The position numbers and the translations under genes are program-made. DNA of 56,470 nucleotides, counting the filler, from Sphacelaria rigidula (taxonomy: Eukaryota), in the NCBI GenBank assembly GCA_964200075.2. It is 4 parts of 4 records of this genome, joined end to end, with 100 filler letters (N's around TTAATTAATTAA, not from the genome) between each part and the next. Parts side by side here need not be neighbours in the genome. Positions count along the whole stretch, not along the records: positions 28,290 to 42,330 come from CAXNAA020002490.1; positions 42,431 to 56,470 come from CAXNAA020002491.1; 2 more parts are not named here. The stretch is one strand, 5' to 3'. The notes under the pieces are model-generated. The model saw only the letters and a list, made by a program, of their open reading frames with translations. It ran no database searches and was not told the DNA's origin. Each line of letters begins with the position of its first letter. Position 1 is the stretch's first letter. Shown piece by piece: positions 35,501-47,200 of the stretch.

Positions 35501-37642
35501 ACGACCCCCTTCAGCGCGCTAGCCGCCTTATCCCAGTCCTTCTTCAAGTTCTTGCAGTGACCTTGGATTAGTTGCATGTTGAAAGTGACACAACCAATGT
35601 CAGAAAGCATTCGATACACGTTAACTGCTCGACAATCCAGTTTCAATACGCGAGTGCCACGGCCTTTAAATGCAGTGAAGCAAGTCATACACCCCGTGCC
35701 CCGCAGCGTAAAAATTGGGTTACTGCAACGCATGCAAACGAACCGTCAACTTTGATACCATCAGGCGTGCGTATAAAATTCACCATGCATCCTTTCAAAG
35801 GTACCGAGGGTACCTCCGATGGGGTACGTTTCCCGAGGAAACCTTGGTTGTCAGGGTACTTGAGTTCCCACTACTCTAGGGTACGCAGGGTATCGATCTA
35901 AATTAGTAATAACCCTGGAATATCTGGAGTTTTGACAGAAGAAATATTCAGTACACTGGAGTACCCACGAGTATTTGATACCCTGCCCTGCCCTGCCCTG
36001 CCCCGTCATAAGCACCCTTATAAAGGTACGTCTGGTAAAACAGCGTCTAGGTGGAGTGGCCCAGACCCAACGCAGATCCGTTGCGTATGATCACTTTTTT
36101 ATCGTTGACCCCTCGCGGGAGCGAAAATTCGCAGATCGCCCCCAGACTAACCACTATACAAACGGAGATCGAAATCGGATTTTTTTTTGCCAAAACACTT
36201 TTTCGAGGTGTGGGGGATAAACGTGGGATCATGTAGAACCGAGTGTAAAGCATCTCGGTGTCAATTCATCGAGACTGTGAGCATTTGTCTATGCCCGTCA
36301 TGGTCGCAGCGGGGGGGGGGGGAATGGCGCGTTGCACGCATGACCTGTTGAACACCGATGCAGCAGCGTGGCAGGCAATGAGTGTGTTTCAGTCTTGTCG
36401 GACTATCCGACGTCGGCTGTCGTGATCCATAAGCACCCCCATGTTCCGCTACCAATACCGGACAGTCCGATGATAGCGAAACACACCCGTTGCCCGCCAA
36501 GCGGCTGTATCGGTGCTGAACAGTGTATGCGTACAGTGCGGCATTTTCCCACCCGCTGCGACCGTGACACCAGTCTTGGAGTGACACCGAGGTGTTCTAC
36601 ATTTTGTTCGATACAGTTGCACGTTTATACCCACCCCGAACGACAGCCTCTTGTCGTTTAAAATGGAATTCAGTACGGCCCGTGATGCATTTTGATTTCA
36701 GTATGCCTCGCATACGACCTCAACACCTGGCAGCCCTCCCGCTCCCAACAATCGGCGGGCCGGGGCCATAACCCAGCGAAATTGTTCTGAAAGCGGCGTT
36801 GCGCTCTAGATGCTAGCCCGTTAAACGCCCATGGCTTCTATCCTGAGATTTTTCCGCTGATAGTTCAGCGAGTGGTCGGAGCATGATTCTTTCAGGTGTG
36901 CATGGCCCTGAACGGACATGGGCGCTTGGCGCGAATAATGCAAAGAAAAGGTGATGGCCAATAGGCATGCATCATGGCCCTGAACGGACATGGGCGCTTG
37001 GCGTGAGTAATGCAAAGAAAATGTGATGACCAATAGGCATGCATCAAAATTGCGCCGCGCTCAAGTAAGAAGGGACCATGCCTTTTGGTATCCACGCATC
37101 CTCCTCCTGCCGTGTGTCCTGACATCTTCCAACAGCATGCATGGCTACATGTACAGCTGACACGGTGGTCGCTGCTTTATTCGCTTTACTGAAACGAGAA
37201 AGCGCTGCTAGCCGTGACTTGCATGAACAACTGTGACGCGCAGTATGTGGGCAGCCACACACATTTCTCTGCAGGTGCCGTCTCTGTTCAAAGCAAATAT
37301 TTCACCCCCTCCGGAAAAAAGCCTGTCCGTTTGACGCTATAGGGGTCCGGGGGTTCAACCGAATACAGCACTGAGGGTAGGGGCTCATCGTCGTGAACAA
37401 GCAGTCTCTCTTTCGGTTTCAGCGATTGCTTCTTCTACTTGCATTTCGCAGAGCAAACGGAGTATGGTTACAAGGTCTGCTGACTGCAGCAGAGCACCGA
37501 AGTGAAACAGGCAGAAGAGTACCATGCTAAGTTTGTTGCTTGGCGACCTCAACATCTACTCACCGCACCACGGAGCGTAGAACTCCACCATCCAGACGCC
37601 GTCGGACTTGAGCACTGTGTCCTTGAAGTTCTTGTCGTCAAG
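29580..37642 (-). CDS. Protein disulfide isomerase, PDIA6/P5-like (a-a'-b), partial: signal-peptide exon not located, 3' exons missing
   Basis: Phase-consistent GT-AG exons: 37642-37564 ([26 protein letters not shown]), 35561-35440 ([14 protein letters not shown]...KYGIQ), 33961-33774 (GFPSIKIFG...), 32847-32748 (...[18 protein letters not shown]), 31633-31535 ([21 protein letters not shown]...), 30917-30759 (LGAVDAT...GYPTIKVF...) and 29716-29580 (...[19 protein letters not shown], a P5-type b-domain motif). Two WCGHC sites. Confidence 0.92.
32354..32665 (+). mobile_element. tRNA-derived SINE (copy 1), intronic and antisense to the PDI gene
   Basis: Pol III box A GGTGGTGTAATGG and box B GGTTCGATTGCC, a ~230-bp body homologous to 44722-45025, and an A-rich tail. 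Confidence 0.8.
34823..35081. mobile_element. hAT-like MITE with TCCCG/CGGGA subterminal repeats
   Basis: TIRs CAGGGCTTGTCACCGGACTTCGGGACGG and CCGTCCCGAAGTCCCGTCACAAGCCGTA. Related motif-rich fragment at ~35205-35380. No TSD seen. Confidence 0.7.
36901..37044. repeat. 72-bp tandem duplication in a PDI intron
   Basis: CATGGCCCTGAACGGACATGGGCGCTTGGCG...ATAGGCATGCAT twice, with few mismatches. Confidence 0.92.
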
Positions 37643-38119
37643 CTGAAAACACAAGAGATGAACAAGTCACAAGGAATACAACAGAGTAGGTTGAACCGAA
37701 AGAGAGCTCGTAACACAGACATAGAAACTTCTTCATTAGAGGCTGAATATAACGGTATGAATTAGTCAGCGCGAGATCGCTTTACATTCACCACGGGCTA
37801 CAAACACTGCGCGCTGTTGCCATATTTCCCTTGTGCTCCACAACACTGTAGACAGTGTCACGATATGTTGATAGCACAAAAGGGGTTAACCAGGGGGCAA
37901 AACCTACGAGCGGCGCCAATAGTACTTATGTCCATGTTGTCCACGATTGACTGGGCCCTACCCAAGTGGTCAAATATAGCTTCGCTGCGAGGTAGGTCAT
38001 CTGTAGGTCATGGTCATGCACGGGAACAGAGTAACACATCTAGTCAATCACATCACAATTTCCGCTCCCCTCCTTTCGAGCTCCCCTCCCGGGTTAATAA
38101 CGTCCTCTTGACAGTTCGA

Positions 38120-38280
38120 AATACGCACGGTGGATTCCGTGAGCTTGACGGTTGTTTCAGGAACAACCACTCATTCCCTCTCGAACACCGCCCATCTGCC
38201 CACTGGAAACCCCCGCGTGTCCCTGGACTGTCAGCCGGGGCATCTGTTCCGAGGTGAGGCCGCAGCCAAAGGTCTAACGG
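38120..38280 (+). repeat. Dispersed repeat, copy 2 of 29345-29505
   Basis: CTGGAAACCCCGCGTGTCCCTGGACTGTCAGCCGGGGCATCTGTTCCGAGGTGAGGC. Confidence 0.7.
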
Positions 38281-41200
38281 GTATTTTTCCGCGCACTACT
38301 TTGATTTCAACTCGGGAAATCTGTAATCGGTAAGATATTGAAAGAAAAAAACGTTTCGGGGGAACTCTTCCCACATCTGTGTTACAGGGGCAACACTGAT
38401 TGAAAACACGGTGTCGTGTCGAGTATTGTCCATCGCACTTTGATCCAAAAATACGGTATTTCGACCGAATAGTCATGGAAAGTCACGAATTAAAGAAGCA
38501 GAGTATGCACGATTCTTCACCCCATCGGGAATTGGTTGATCTAGCGAAAATACTAAACCTGGGGTCGTGTGCTTGCAGGACCCCGGATGGCTCGGTTAGC
38601 CCCCGAGACCTTCAGATTCGATAGAAAACAGGATTTTTCTGTCGGAGTTTGTTTTGGGTACAACATCAATTTGTGCCGATCATCAATTTTGGTATTGAAT
38701 ATTTACTAACAAAAAATGAAAACCGAAAAGCCTGAAACATTACTTTCGATAGGAATATGTCTGTCTGAATCTTGAGTATACCTGTACGTGGCCCCTTTCA
38801 CGTACTCTTCCAAGCACAGGTACAGCCGTGCGGCTGTAGGAAAACGTATACAACTCCTGTGTGCAGTCATGGTGGGGTATTGTCCCATGTCGGTCAATAA
38901 GGGGCTGTCTTATTTTAAAACTGGGCCGGGAGGAAATCCGGCGAGACGAAAAACACCGCTGTGATGGCTCCACCTCATTTCTGCTGTTGAGTGGCTCCAC
39001 CAATTCTTGTACGAAGTATAATTTTTCGCGCGCGACCGGAAGGCTAAAAAAGGAAACACCTACTACTTTTTCAGCTTGGAAATGCGGCGCAAACAACCAC
39101 ATGGCAGCAAGAAGAGAGTCCGTGTTTTGCCACTTGGTTGGAAATGTGTGTGGAACATTTCAAAGCATGCCTCACCACCTGCAGTCACTCACGCTAAACG
39201 CCTGAAAGCTTCAGAGGTAGTCGCAGTTCACCACAAAAAGCATGGGTCTATGCTTTTTAGTGGGTCTATGTATTTCAGTGGTGTCCGTACGATATTGGAC
39301 GAGTTTCACAGAATTTTCGCAAAACTTTGCACGGTTCGGACGAATCATCGCCGATTCGAATAACCACACCCACGATTTTTCAGGCCTGGTTGCTCGGAAG
39401 AGAGAAAAAAGTTGACCGCTGGTCACAAAGGTCGCCACGCGATTTTGCGCCATTCCACGTGCCTGCGCTGCAACGCTGAAAACAAAGCCTGAGGATTGAT
39501 TCGTACGGTACGAATAAATCACACTGAAATCCAGTAATTTCCAGACGAATCATCAATTCGTCCGGCCCGTGTAAACTTTGTCTTTTCGTTTCACCACCAA
39601 ACAGCCGGCTTGGCTGACGCAGTTGTCTAAAAACAGACAACAAGTTCTTAACCCTTTTGGAACCCTCCCCTCCTGTCCCCTGGCCAAAGGTCTGATCATG
39701 AGAAGCCCTGGCGAAGAGGAGAACATAGAAACACAACAGATCGACGACAACCATTTTTGTGATGGAAGACCTGAGAAGAATGTCCTCCCTGGAGAGTTCG
39801 GGTAAGGTTTGTCCAATCATACCACGCAACGGATGAAGTGCGTCCAATTGTATCCATCGACAATAATCAGCAAAACCACTATGAAATATTATATTTGACT
39901 AGTTATCTCACATTAGTTGATTGCAACCATCCAGCCCGTGGTCAGGAATAGCAAAAATAGAACAGAATAATAAACTACTATTGAAAAACAGCAATGGGCT
40001 CCAGGGTCCAACCAGGCACGTCGGTATCTTAGCATTTGTAGATAAGGAAAGCACCGCTTTGACGGGCTGCAGCATCGGGTGGCGAAGTTGCCAAGCCACA
40101 CCGTACATACAGCATAGTATGGCTAAGCCCAGCGAAATCCCGCCACCAAATGTGGAAAGCACAGTGGGTTGTGCGGGCGGTACATGGCGGGCGTAATCGC
40201 AGGCGTCCGCACAGGCGATATACATGCACACGGGAGGGAGCCAACGGGCACCGCCTACCGTAATCACGCCAGATGAAAAACACTAGTCAGTAAAAACAGT
40301 AGGTTACAGTATGGACTTGCGGCTACACTCCGTGCAAGATAAATATAAGCATGTGAAAAGTCGGCCACGAGAGTAGACGGCACGACACGATAGCGGTAGC
40401 CGGCGTCATCAATCTCATGCAGCATGAAGTATGCCTGTGCAACGGTCGGGAACGATCAACCCGCCGTATAGATATGGTGGGGCAACTGTGTTTTTCGCTA
40501 CGCCGTTGTGTAGTAGTCAACCCGCAGTAAGATGTTGTCGGCACGTGCTTGGCAGAGCGCAGTTCTGTGCATGCCTTGCGTTTTACAGAGATTTTTCCAA
40601 AATACGATATATTTTCAAAATATAATACAGACACAACACGAAGCAGTAAGGCATCACCCCTGGGGCGACGGCACTTGGCAGACTCTACACCACAGTGACG
40701 GTGCACAGCCGCAGGGCACATGGCGTCTGCGTCGCCTTTACGCATTTTTCAAACGGCGGGATGGTGGTGTCGGAACGTGCATGAGCGCGATGTTGTGCAT
40801 GACGTGAGTCTGCAGTCGAGATTACCCCAAACTGCTGTAAACACACCCAGTACTGTACAGGGCAGTATCGCAGCACCCCCGGCGGCACGGCAAGGTGACT
40901 GCCTGGGATCGTATTACACAGCCAGTTCATAAACATGGCGAATGTGCCATCGGCGTTGCCCTTGTTGCCATGACACTGCAAAGAGTATAAATTGCGGCGG
41001 GCAGGGCGTGCGGGTCAGGCGGGAAGCATGCTTCATAAAAGAGCTCATGAGTGTACTCCTAGAAAAAAAAACGCCGACGAGTCCTGGACCTCGCCGCAGC
41101 AACAAAAATAGGAAAGCTTATCTTGCCCCACTTGTCACTCGCACGGGTCTGAAAAATACGCGTTGGGCCAAAATCGTTGTGTCTAAGCTGTGAACCATCA

Positions 41201-41638
41201 ACCATATCTTGCTCAAAAACCGTCAATTGCAAATGATCAATTTTGCATTGTGAGTTCCAAAAGGGTGAATTTCACGGCCATTTGGAACAAATCCAAGCGC
41301 GAAATCAAACAGCTCGTTGAGAGCTACGTTGTGGGCGTTCGAGCTTCGTGTCGCGCGCCGTATATCTCGTGATCAAAGTGTAAACAGCCGTGGAGCGCAG
41401 GGTGATTTTTTCCATGATTCGTAACGCCCATCTTCATTTTTTATTTTTCGCTGGGTTTTGCCAAAATTGTCTGGACTCGACACTTTAGTACTGGGCGCCT
41501 GAAATATTTGTTGTTCAGATTCTGTTTTTTCGCAACCACGCTTCGATAGAACTCAAAAGCGCTAGCGTCAATAGATTTTGTTGAAACGAATAGATTATGT
41601 CCCCCCCCCCAGTGCCCACGTTGGCGCTTCTTAGGTCA

Positions 41639-42096
41639 ACTCTAATGGGAGCCGTTCAAAATTCCTGTCGAAGACTGCCTTTTGGACCCTTCTCCGTCGA
41701 TTCACGCTCGAAAAGAGGGCTAGGCGGATATTGACGCCTTGGAATGACTTGCTCTACTCGTTGGGACCGTTCCAGGGGAACTCTGCATTTCCCCCCGCAC
41801 TTTTGTTTTTGGTCAAATGAGGCCAAACACGGATATTCCGTAAAAAACGGCCAGGTGATCAAAATTTCCCCCTGTTTTTTTATCACTTGACTGTTTTTCG
41901 TTGAAAATCCGTGTTTGGCCAAAAATGAAAGTGCGGCTAGCGGGAAATGCAAAGCTGCCCTGGAACGGCCTCAACGAGTAAAGCAAGTCATTCCAAGGCG
42001 TCGACATCCGCCAAGCCCTCTTTTCAGGCGTAGAACGACGGAGAAGGGCAAAAAAGGCAGTTTTGAACAGAGATTTTGAACGGCTCCCATTAGAGT
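41639..42096. mobile_element. Foldback MITE, 458 bp, palindromic over almost its whole length
   Basis: ACTCTAATGGGAGCCGTTCAAAAT and ATTTTGAACGGCTCCCATTAGAGT are perfect terminal inverted repeats. Pairing continues inward (GACGCCTTGGAATGACTTGCT / AGCAAGTCATTCCAAGGCGTC; GGCCAAACACGGAT / ATCCGTGTTTGGCC). Confidence 0.88.
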
Positions 42097-42330
42097 CCGT
42101 ATTAGTGTTTTCGGGCGATACTAGTAGATACCTCGCTTATCGGGAGGGTGTCATTGACCGTGAGACACAGACATTTATTCGCCTCTACTGTAGTACAATG
42201 GGTAGGTAAAATGAATAAAAACAATCCTCTACATTTCTTCATGAATACGATCGGGACAGGCTCGATCAACAAATAACAGTGTTTTCGTGAGATTGAGAGA
42301 AGATGATGCGATTGGGAGCTCGGACGAGCG

Positions 42331-42430
42331 NNNNNNNNNNNNNNNNNNNNNNNNNNNNNNNNNNNNNNNNNNNNTTAATTAATTAANNNNNNNNNNNNNN
42401 NNNNNNNNNNNNNNNNNNNNNNNNNNNNNN
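42331..42430. other. Artificial contig spacer
   Basis: N44-TTAATTAATTAA-N44. Confidence 0.97.
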
Positions 42431-44259
42431 TGTGACCACGGCTTCGAGAGATCGAGCTAATGTGATGGATATAATAATAATATAATATAATATTAATTGC
42501 GGAACACTCCAGAACGTTAAGGTCCCTAATTAGCCGAGAAACATTCCCACCATCAATCCCACGGCAGAGGACGCAAGAAAAAATCTGGCCATGTCATACT
42601 GTTTCCTTGCTTGTGGGTGTCACCAGTATACCAGACATTTTTATCGGGTCATTTTCGCGTCCTGTATCTAGCGGGAAATGAGTGTTGCGCACCATCCCTG
42701 AATCAGCCTGCACCCAATCGTCGCAAACATGGTTCTCATACTGCCCGTCATGGGGAACAGAGGAGTTACATGGCCGGAATTCGTTGGGAACCATAGCGGT
42801 GGCGCGAGTGGTGAAAAGATACTTCAACCCATGAGTGCTATTCAAACGGTTGTCCAATTTAAATACGAAACACCCACACATATTCTACCCAATATCCAGA
42901 TACTTGCCCCAGATGATGCGCCTCGAAGACCATATCTGCGGGACAGTCCTCTGTTTCAGGCCACGTCTTCGGAATCATTCACTTGAGTACGTCAGGAAGC
43001 CCATCAAGAACCCAAAAATTGACAGATGACGCATTGTAGTACGAGTATGTGAACGACGTCGGTGAAGTCGGATATTGGCAGCGAGTGTATAATAGCGTAG
43101 GGGACGAGAAAATAGCTGTCCCCGAGGAGTGGTGTCCACCGCGATTTCAGGAGGGGCATACGCCGTTTTGGTCGAAAGCGTGCGGATGGCATTTTGTTCG
43201 GATTGCACGAGAAAAAAATGGGGGTACTCGAACTAATCGTACGGAGATGAATATATTTTCATACTCGAAGATTTCATGTAGCACCCCCCAAAAAATCAAT
43301 CGTCACACGAGTGGGACCCACAGTTTTCGCCCGTTAGACACGAATGTCGAATGGCGGTGCACTTGACGTGCACTTGACCACACGAAAACGTGGATAAAAC
43401 ATGGAGTAAAGAGTAAAGGAAGGCTGATCCGGTGCGGACATGACTTCCGCCAACAGTCGGGTTTCCAGCTCCCGTGTCCATTTTTTTCTACAGCGGAATA
43501 TATCAACTATGGCCACAATGAAGGGAGCCGCTCCACGAGGCCTGAACCGCGAGGGGAGTAGGCACGCTTCGGGTACACGAGGCAACGATGCTGCGGATCT
43601 TCCGATATCAATAAATATCACCACTACATGCGTCGCGGGCAACCTACCGAATCCCCCACTCGAGGCATAATGCGACACAGAAATCTTGGCCATGAAACGC
43701 ATGGGTAGAATCCAGCTCCATGAAACCACGGAGACAAGAGCGAAGTGGGTCGGACGTAGGAACGTTGAAAATGAGAAAATATTTTTCTGAAAACTCAATG
43801 AACCACGCGTGTAGCGCAACAGACCCATCGGACAAAATTTACACCAACAACACAAAGTACTGAAGGTCGTCATCTGTAACTAACTCCCTTTCCCCACCCG
43901 ACAGCGGTACTTAATGAACCCCCACAACATTACCAAGTCGGTTTCTACTCCCATAAGTAAACTTGCACGCTTTACAGTACAGTATAAAAAAATCTATGAA
44001 ACGGGAAGAAAAAAAAAAAAAGTGTTCAACAACTTCACTCGGAACCGCGCTTGTCAACATTTACGCCGTGTCACGAGGGAAGGAACCACCACGTGAAAGC
44101 AAGTACCCCTCTCCGCCCCTCAACAACCAGGAAACAGTAACTAGTTACTAGAAATAGCGATCACGTGCATCAAAAGGTGTCGTGGAAGGGCGGAAGACGC
44201 GACATTCTTCTCACGTGGGCAACACGCACAAACTCGTGTTAACGTCATTTCTCAACCCC

Positions 44260-47200
44260 TCAGGCTACAACCTCCGCGTCCGCTACACCCCCGCTCTCGC
44301 CTTCGTCCCCTACAATCCTCTCCGCCAACATCCCCGTGACGCGCTTGGCGAATGCGCCGGGGTCATCGATGCTGTATCCGCCGGTCAGGGCCGCGATATC
44401 GTATAACAGCATCGCGGTTTGCTTCGTCTCATCCGAATCTGGAGCGATCTCAAAGCTCTTCTGAAGGGACGAGATGACCGGGTGGCCCACGTTGATTTCC
44501 AAGACGGCCTGTGGAGTCAGTGACAGCCAAAAAAGCGTGTATAACATGAGGATGGTGGAACACGAGATTGAGTTGGACGGGATGGGAAGTAGGTGAAGCG
44601 GTCAGTTGCACTATTTCCACGGTTGGTGGATGACAGGCACATGCCACAACGTGGAGGTGGTGTTATATTTAGCATGAATGGGGCAGAGGGAAACGTTTTA
44701 CCCAGAATTCGGCGCCGTGCCGCCGCGCCCTGGTGGTGTAACGGTCCGATTCTCACCATCAGGGTGGAGAGAGCGTGGGTTCGATTTCCGATGCGTTAGG
44801 TTCTTTAATCGAAATACTTGATTTTCGCCGTCAAAAGCGTGAGTACGTGAATAGATGAAAAATATACAACTGAGTTTGTTTGACGAGAGTTGACGCGGTA
44901 GGGAAGTGCTGACCCAACCGCAATATAAAAGTGCAAGGCGTGTAATGGGGGGATATATACGCTCATCACTCGAGATAACGGACTCATCCCGAGGAATGGG
45001 AGGGATGGGACAACAAAATAAAAATTATACAGTTACAGCGTGTGGCCACATTGCTCCAAAAATTCTCATGTCAGTGGCTCCATTCGAAGGCTGTAGTTTT
45101 TCTTCATGTCACCGAAAATAATTGTGACGGCAAGCAGATCGTCGGTAGGGCATCAGCGTCATCTTGCCGTACTCACAGAATGATAGAACACACCAAATGC
45201 TGCGATCCCGAGTTTTCGTCTTTCGACACGCACCACAAAAATCCATCTCTCTCGCTGCTCAAGAATTCCGTAGTAAACGAGCGCTGCGTTCTCAGGAAAC
45301 CAGACGGAACGACTTCAAAAGCTCATGCCTTGTACTCTTTCAGCTACATACTAGGCAATCCTTGTATTTTCACACGGCCAACAAACCAGCCATGTATCGG
45401 AAAAAAAATGTCTCATGATCGAACTCAGTGTCCATCTTTCCTCCTCCCAAGCTCACCTGCTGGTTATTTGTCATAGTGGAGTCCTTCTCTCCGAAAGCCA
45501 CCGCCTGTGCACGCATGTACCGTGCCATCGTGGGCGACATGCCATAGGCGCCTTGCACCAGCGTTGCGGGGGAGTCCACGAGACGGGACGAGATTTCCAC
45601 CTTCGCAACGCGCTTCTCGCCGAGGGTTTCGGACAGCCACTGTCGGAAGCCTGGGAGGGGAGGGGAGGGGCGGGCGAGGGTGTACAATAAGAAACGTGAC
45701 CGAACCAATTGTCATTGATAAGACTGCCGCACATCAGCATGCTGCCAATCCAGTCATGGCACCCAAGATGAAGGTGGCACCCAAGATGAAGGTGCCTGAA
45801 GGTGTTTTCACCCTCAAGCGTCCGACGACCTAACTCCATAATCTTTCTGTCATTCTCAGCCGGGCGTTTTGAATAAACTTTTCTGGTGAAGCGAGAGTGC
45901 CTACAAAAAATGTACCGTTAGCACGCGCTACGATAGAGTCAAAGTACAGTTTGATCAACGGTCGTGATCTACTGATGGTGAAAAACTCAACTCACTTGTC
46001 TCCGCTCCATTCTTAACACCAGCAAGACATTAGGAAAATGTCATTATCCACGCGCCAACAATCAGACCCTTTCCGTACATCTTTCAGAAACAGATCCATC
46101 ACCGCTATAGTGCCGACTCACCCTGGGTTTCCTCGGCCAGATCGTTTTGCTTCGCCTTGTCCTCCTCATCCTCTCCGAGATCCACGTTCTCCTTGCCCAG
46201 ATCGGTGAGCGTCTTACCCTTGAACTCCCCGATGGCCTGGACTGTCAGCTCATCCAGTGGCTCGGTCATGAAGAGCACGTCGAACCTGTTTGGCGGGACA
46301 CGAACCAAGAGAAAATGAATACAGACGAACAACGGTATCCGCACGAGGGAGAGGGACTCTTTTCTCACATGACGTACCGAGCATATTTTTTCGTGCCGAG
46401 AAAAACAGAGGAAAATCGCTGAAAAAAACACGTTTTTTTGTTCATCGACGTAAGTATTGCCCCCCATGGGACGGCCGGGAGAATCATGCCACTTTGAGGT
46501 GATGAACTGCGGTCGGACAAAAATTCGCCCCTCAATTTTCGTTGCACACAGTTTTGACTCTGGGAGGAGGGGCGAAAAAAGGGCGTACAGAACGTCCGTC
46601 AACCACAATCTAATCAGTAGATCGCCTCGAGTTAGGGTCAGGGGTGTTGAGGGGGGAGGGGGTTTACCGTAGTTTCTTTCTCATATCATCCTGAAAGCTG
46701 TAATTTTTCACACATTTCCTTTAAAAAAAAATCATGAGCTTTTCTTTCTTCTTCCGTAGCCCCTTCCGTGGTGGAGCCATAAGGCACGGTCAACACGGTG
46801 CAAGAAAAAATGCTTCCGTGAGGCATATTACACACTCGAAGAAAAAAAAGGACGCCATGTGCCAATCATAGCACGTCACATCACCGACGTGACCCCCATC
46901 TTCGGAGTGTGCGCATGTCTTTGAACCGTTTCAAAGACGGGCGCGCAAAAGGTTTTGTCTGGTTCACACATGGCTGTGCAAGAGCTCAACTCTTCCACGC
47001 GGGAGGTGCGAGGCAATGAAGGGGAACACGAGACATTGCGGCGATTGGTCTCATTCTTACCCGAGCGCGGCAGCCTTTTCCAACGCAGGAGACATCAGGG
47101 CCGATTCGCGCGAGTCAGCAGTGACGTAGTAGATCGCCTTTTGCTCCTCCTGAATTAGGCACCAACGAAGAAGAAAAAGTAGAGAGGTCGGAGGGAGATG

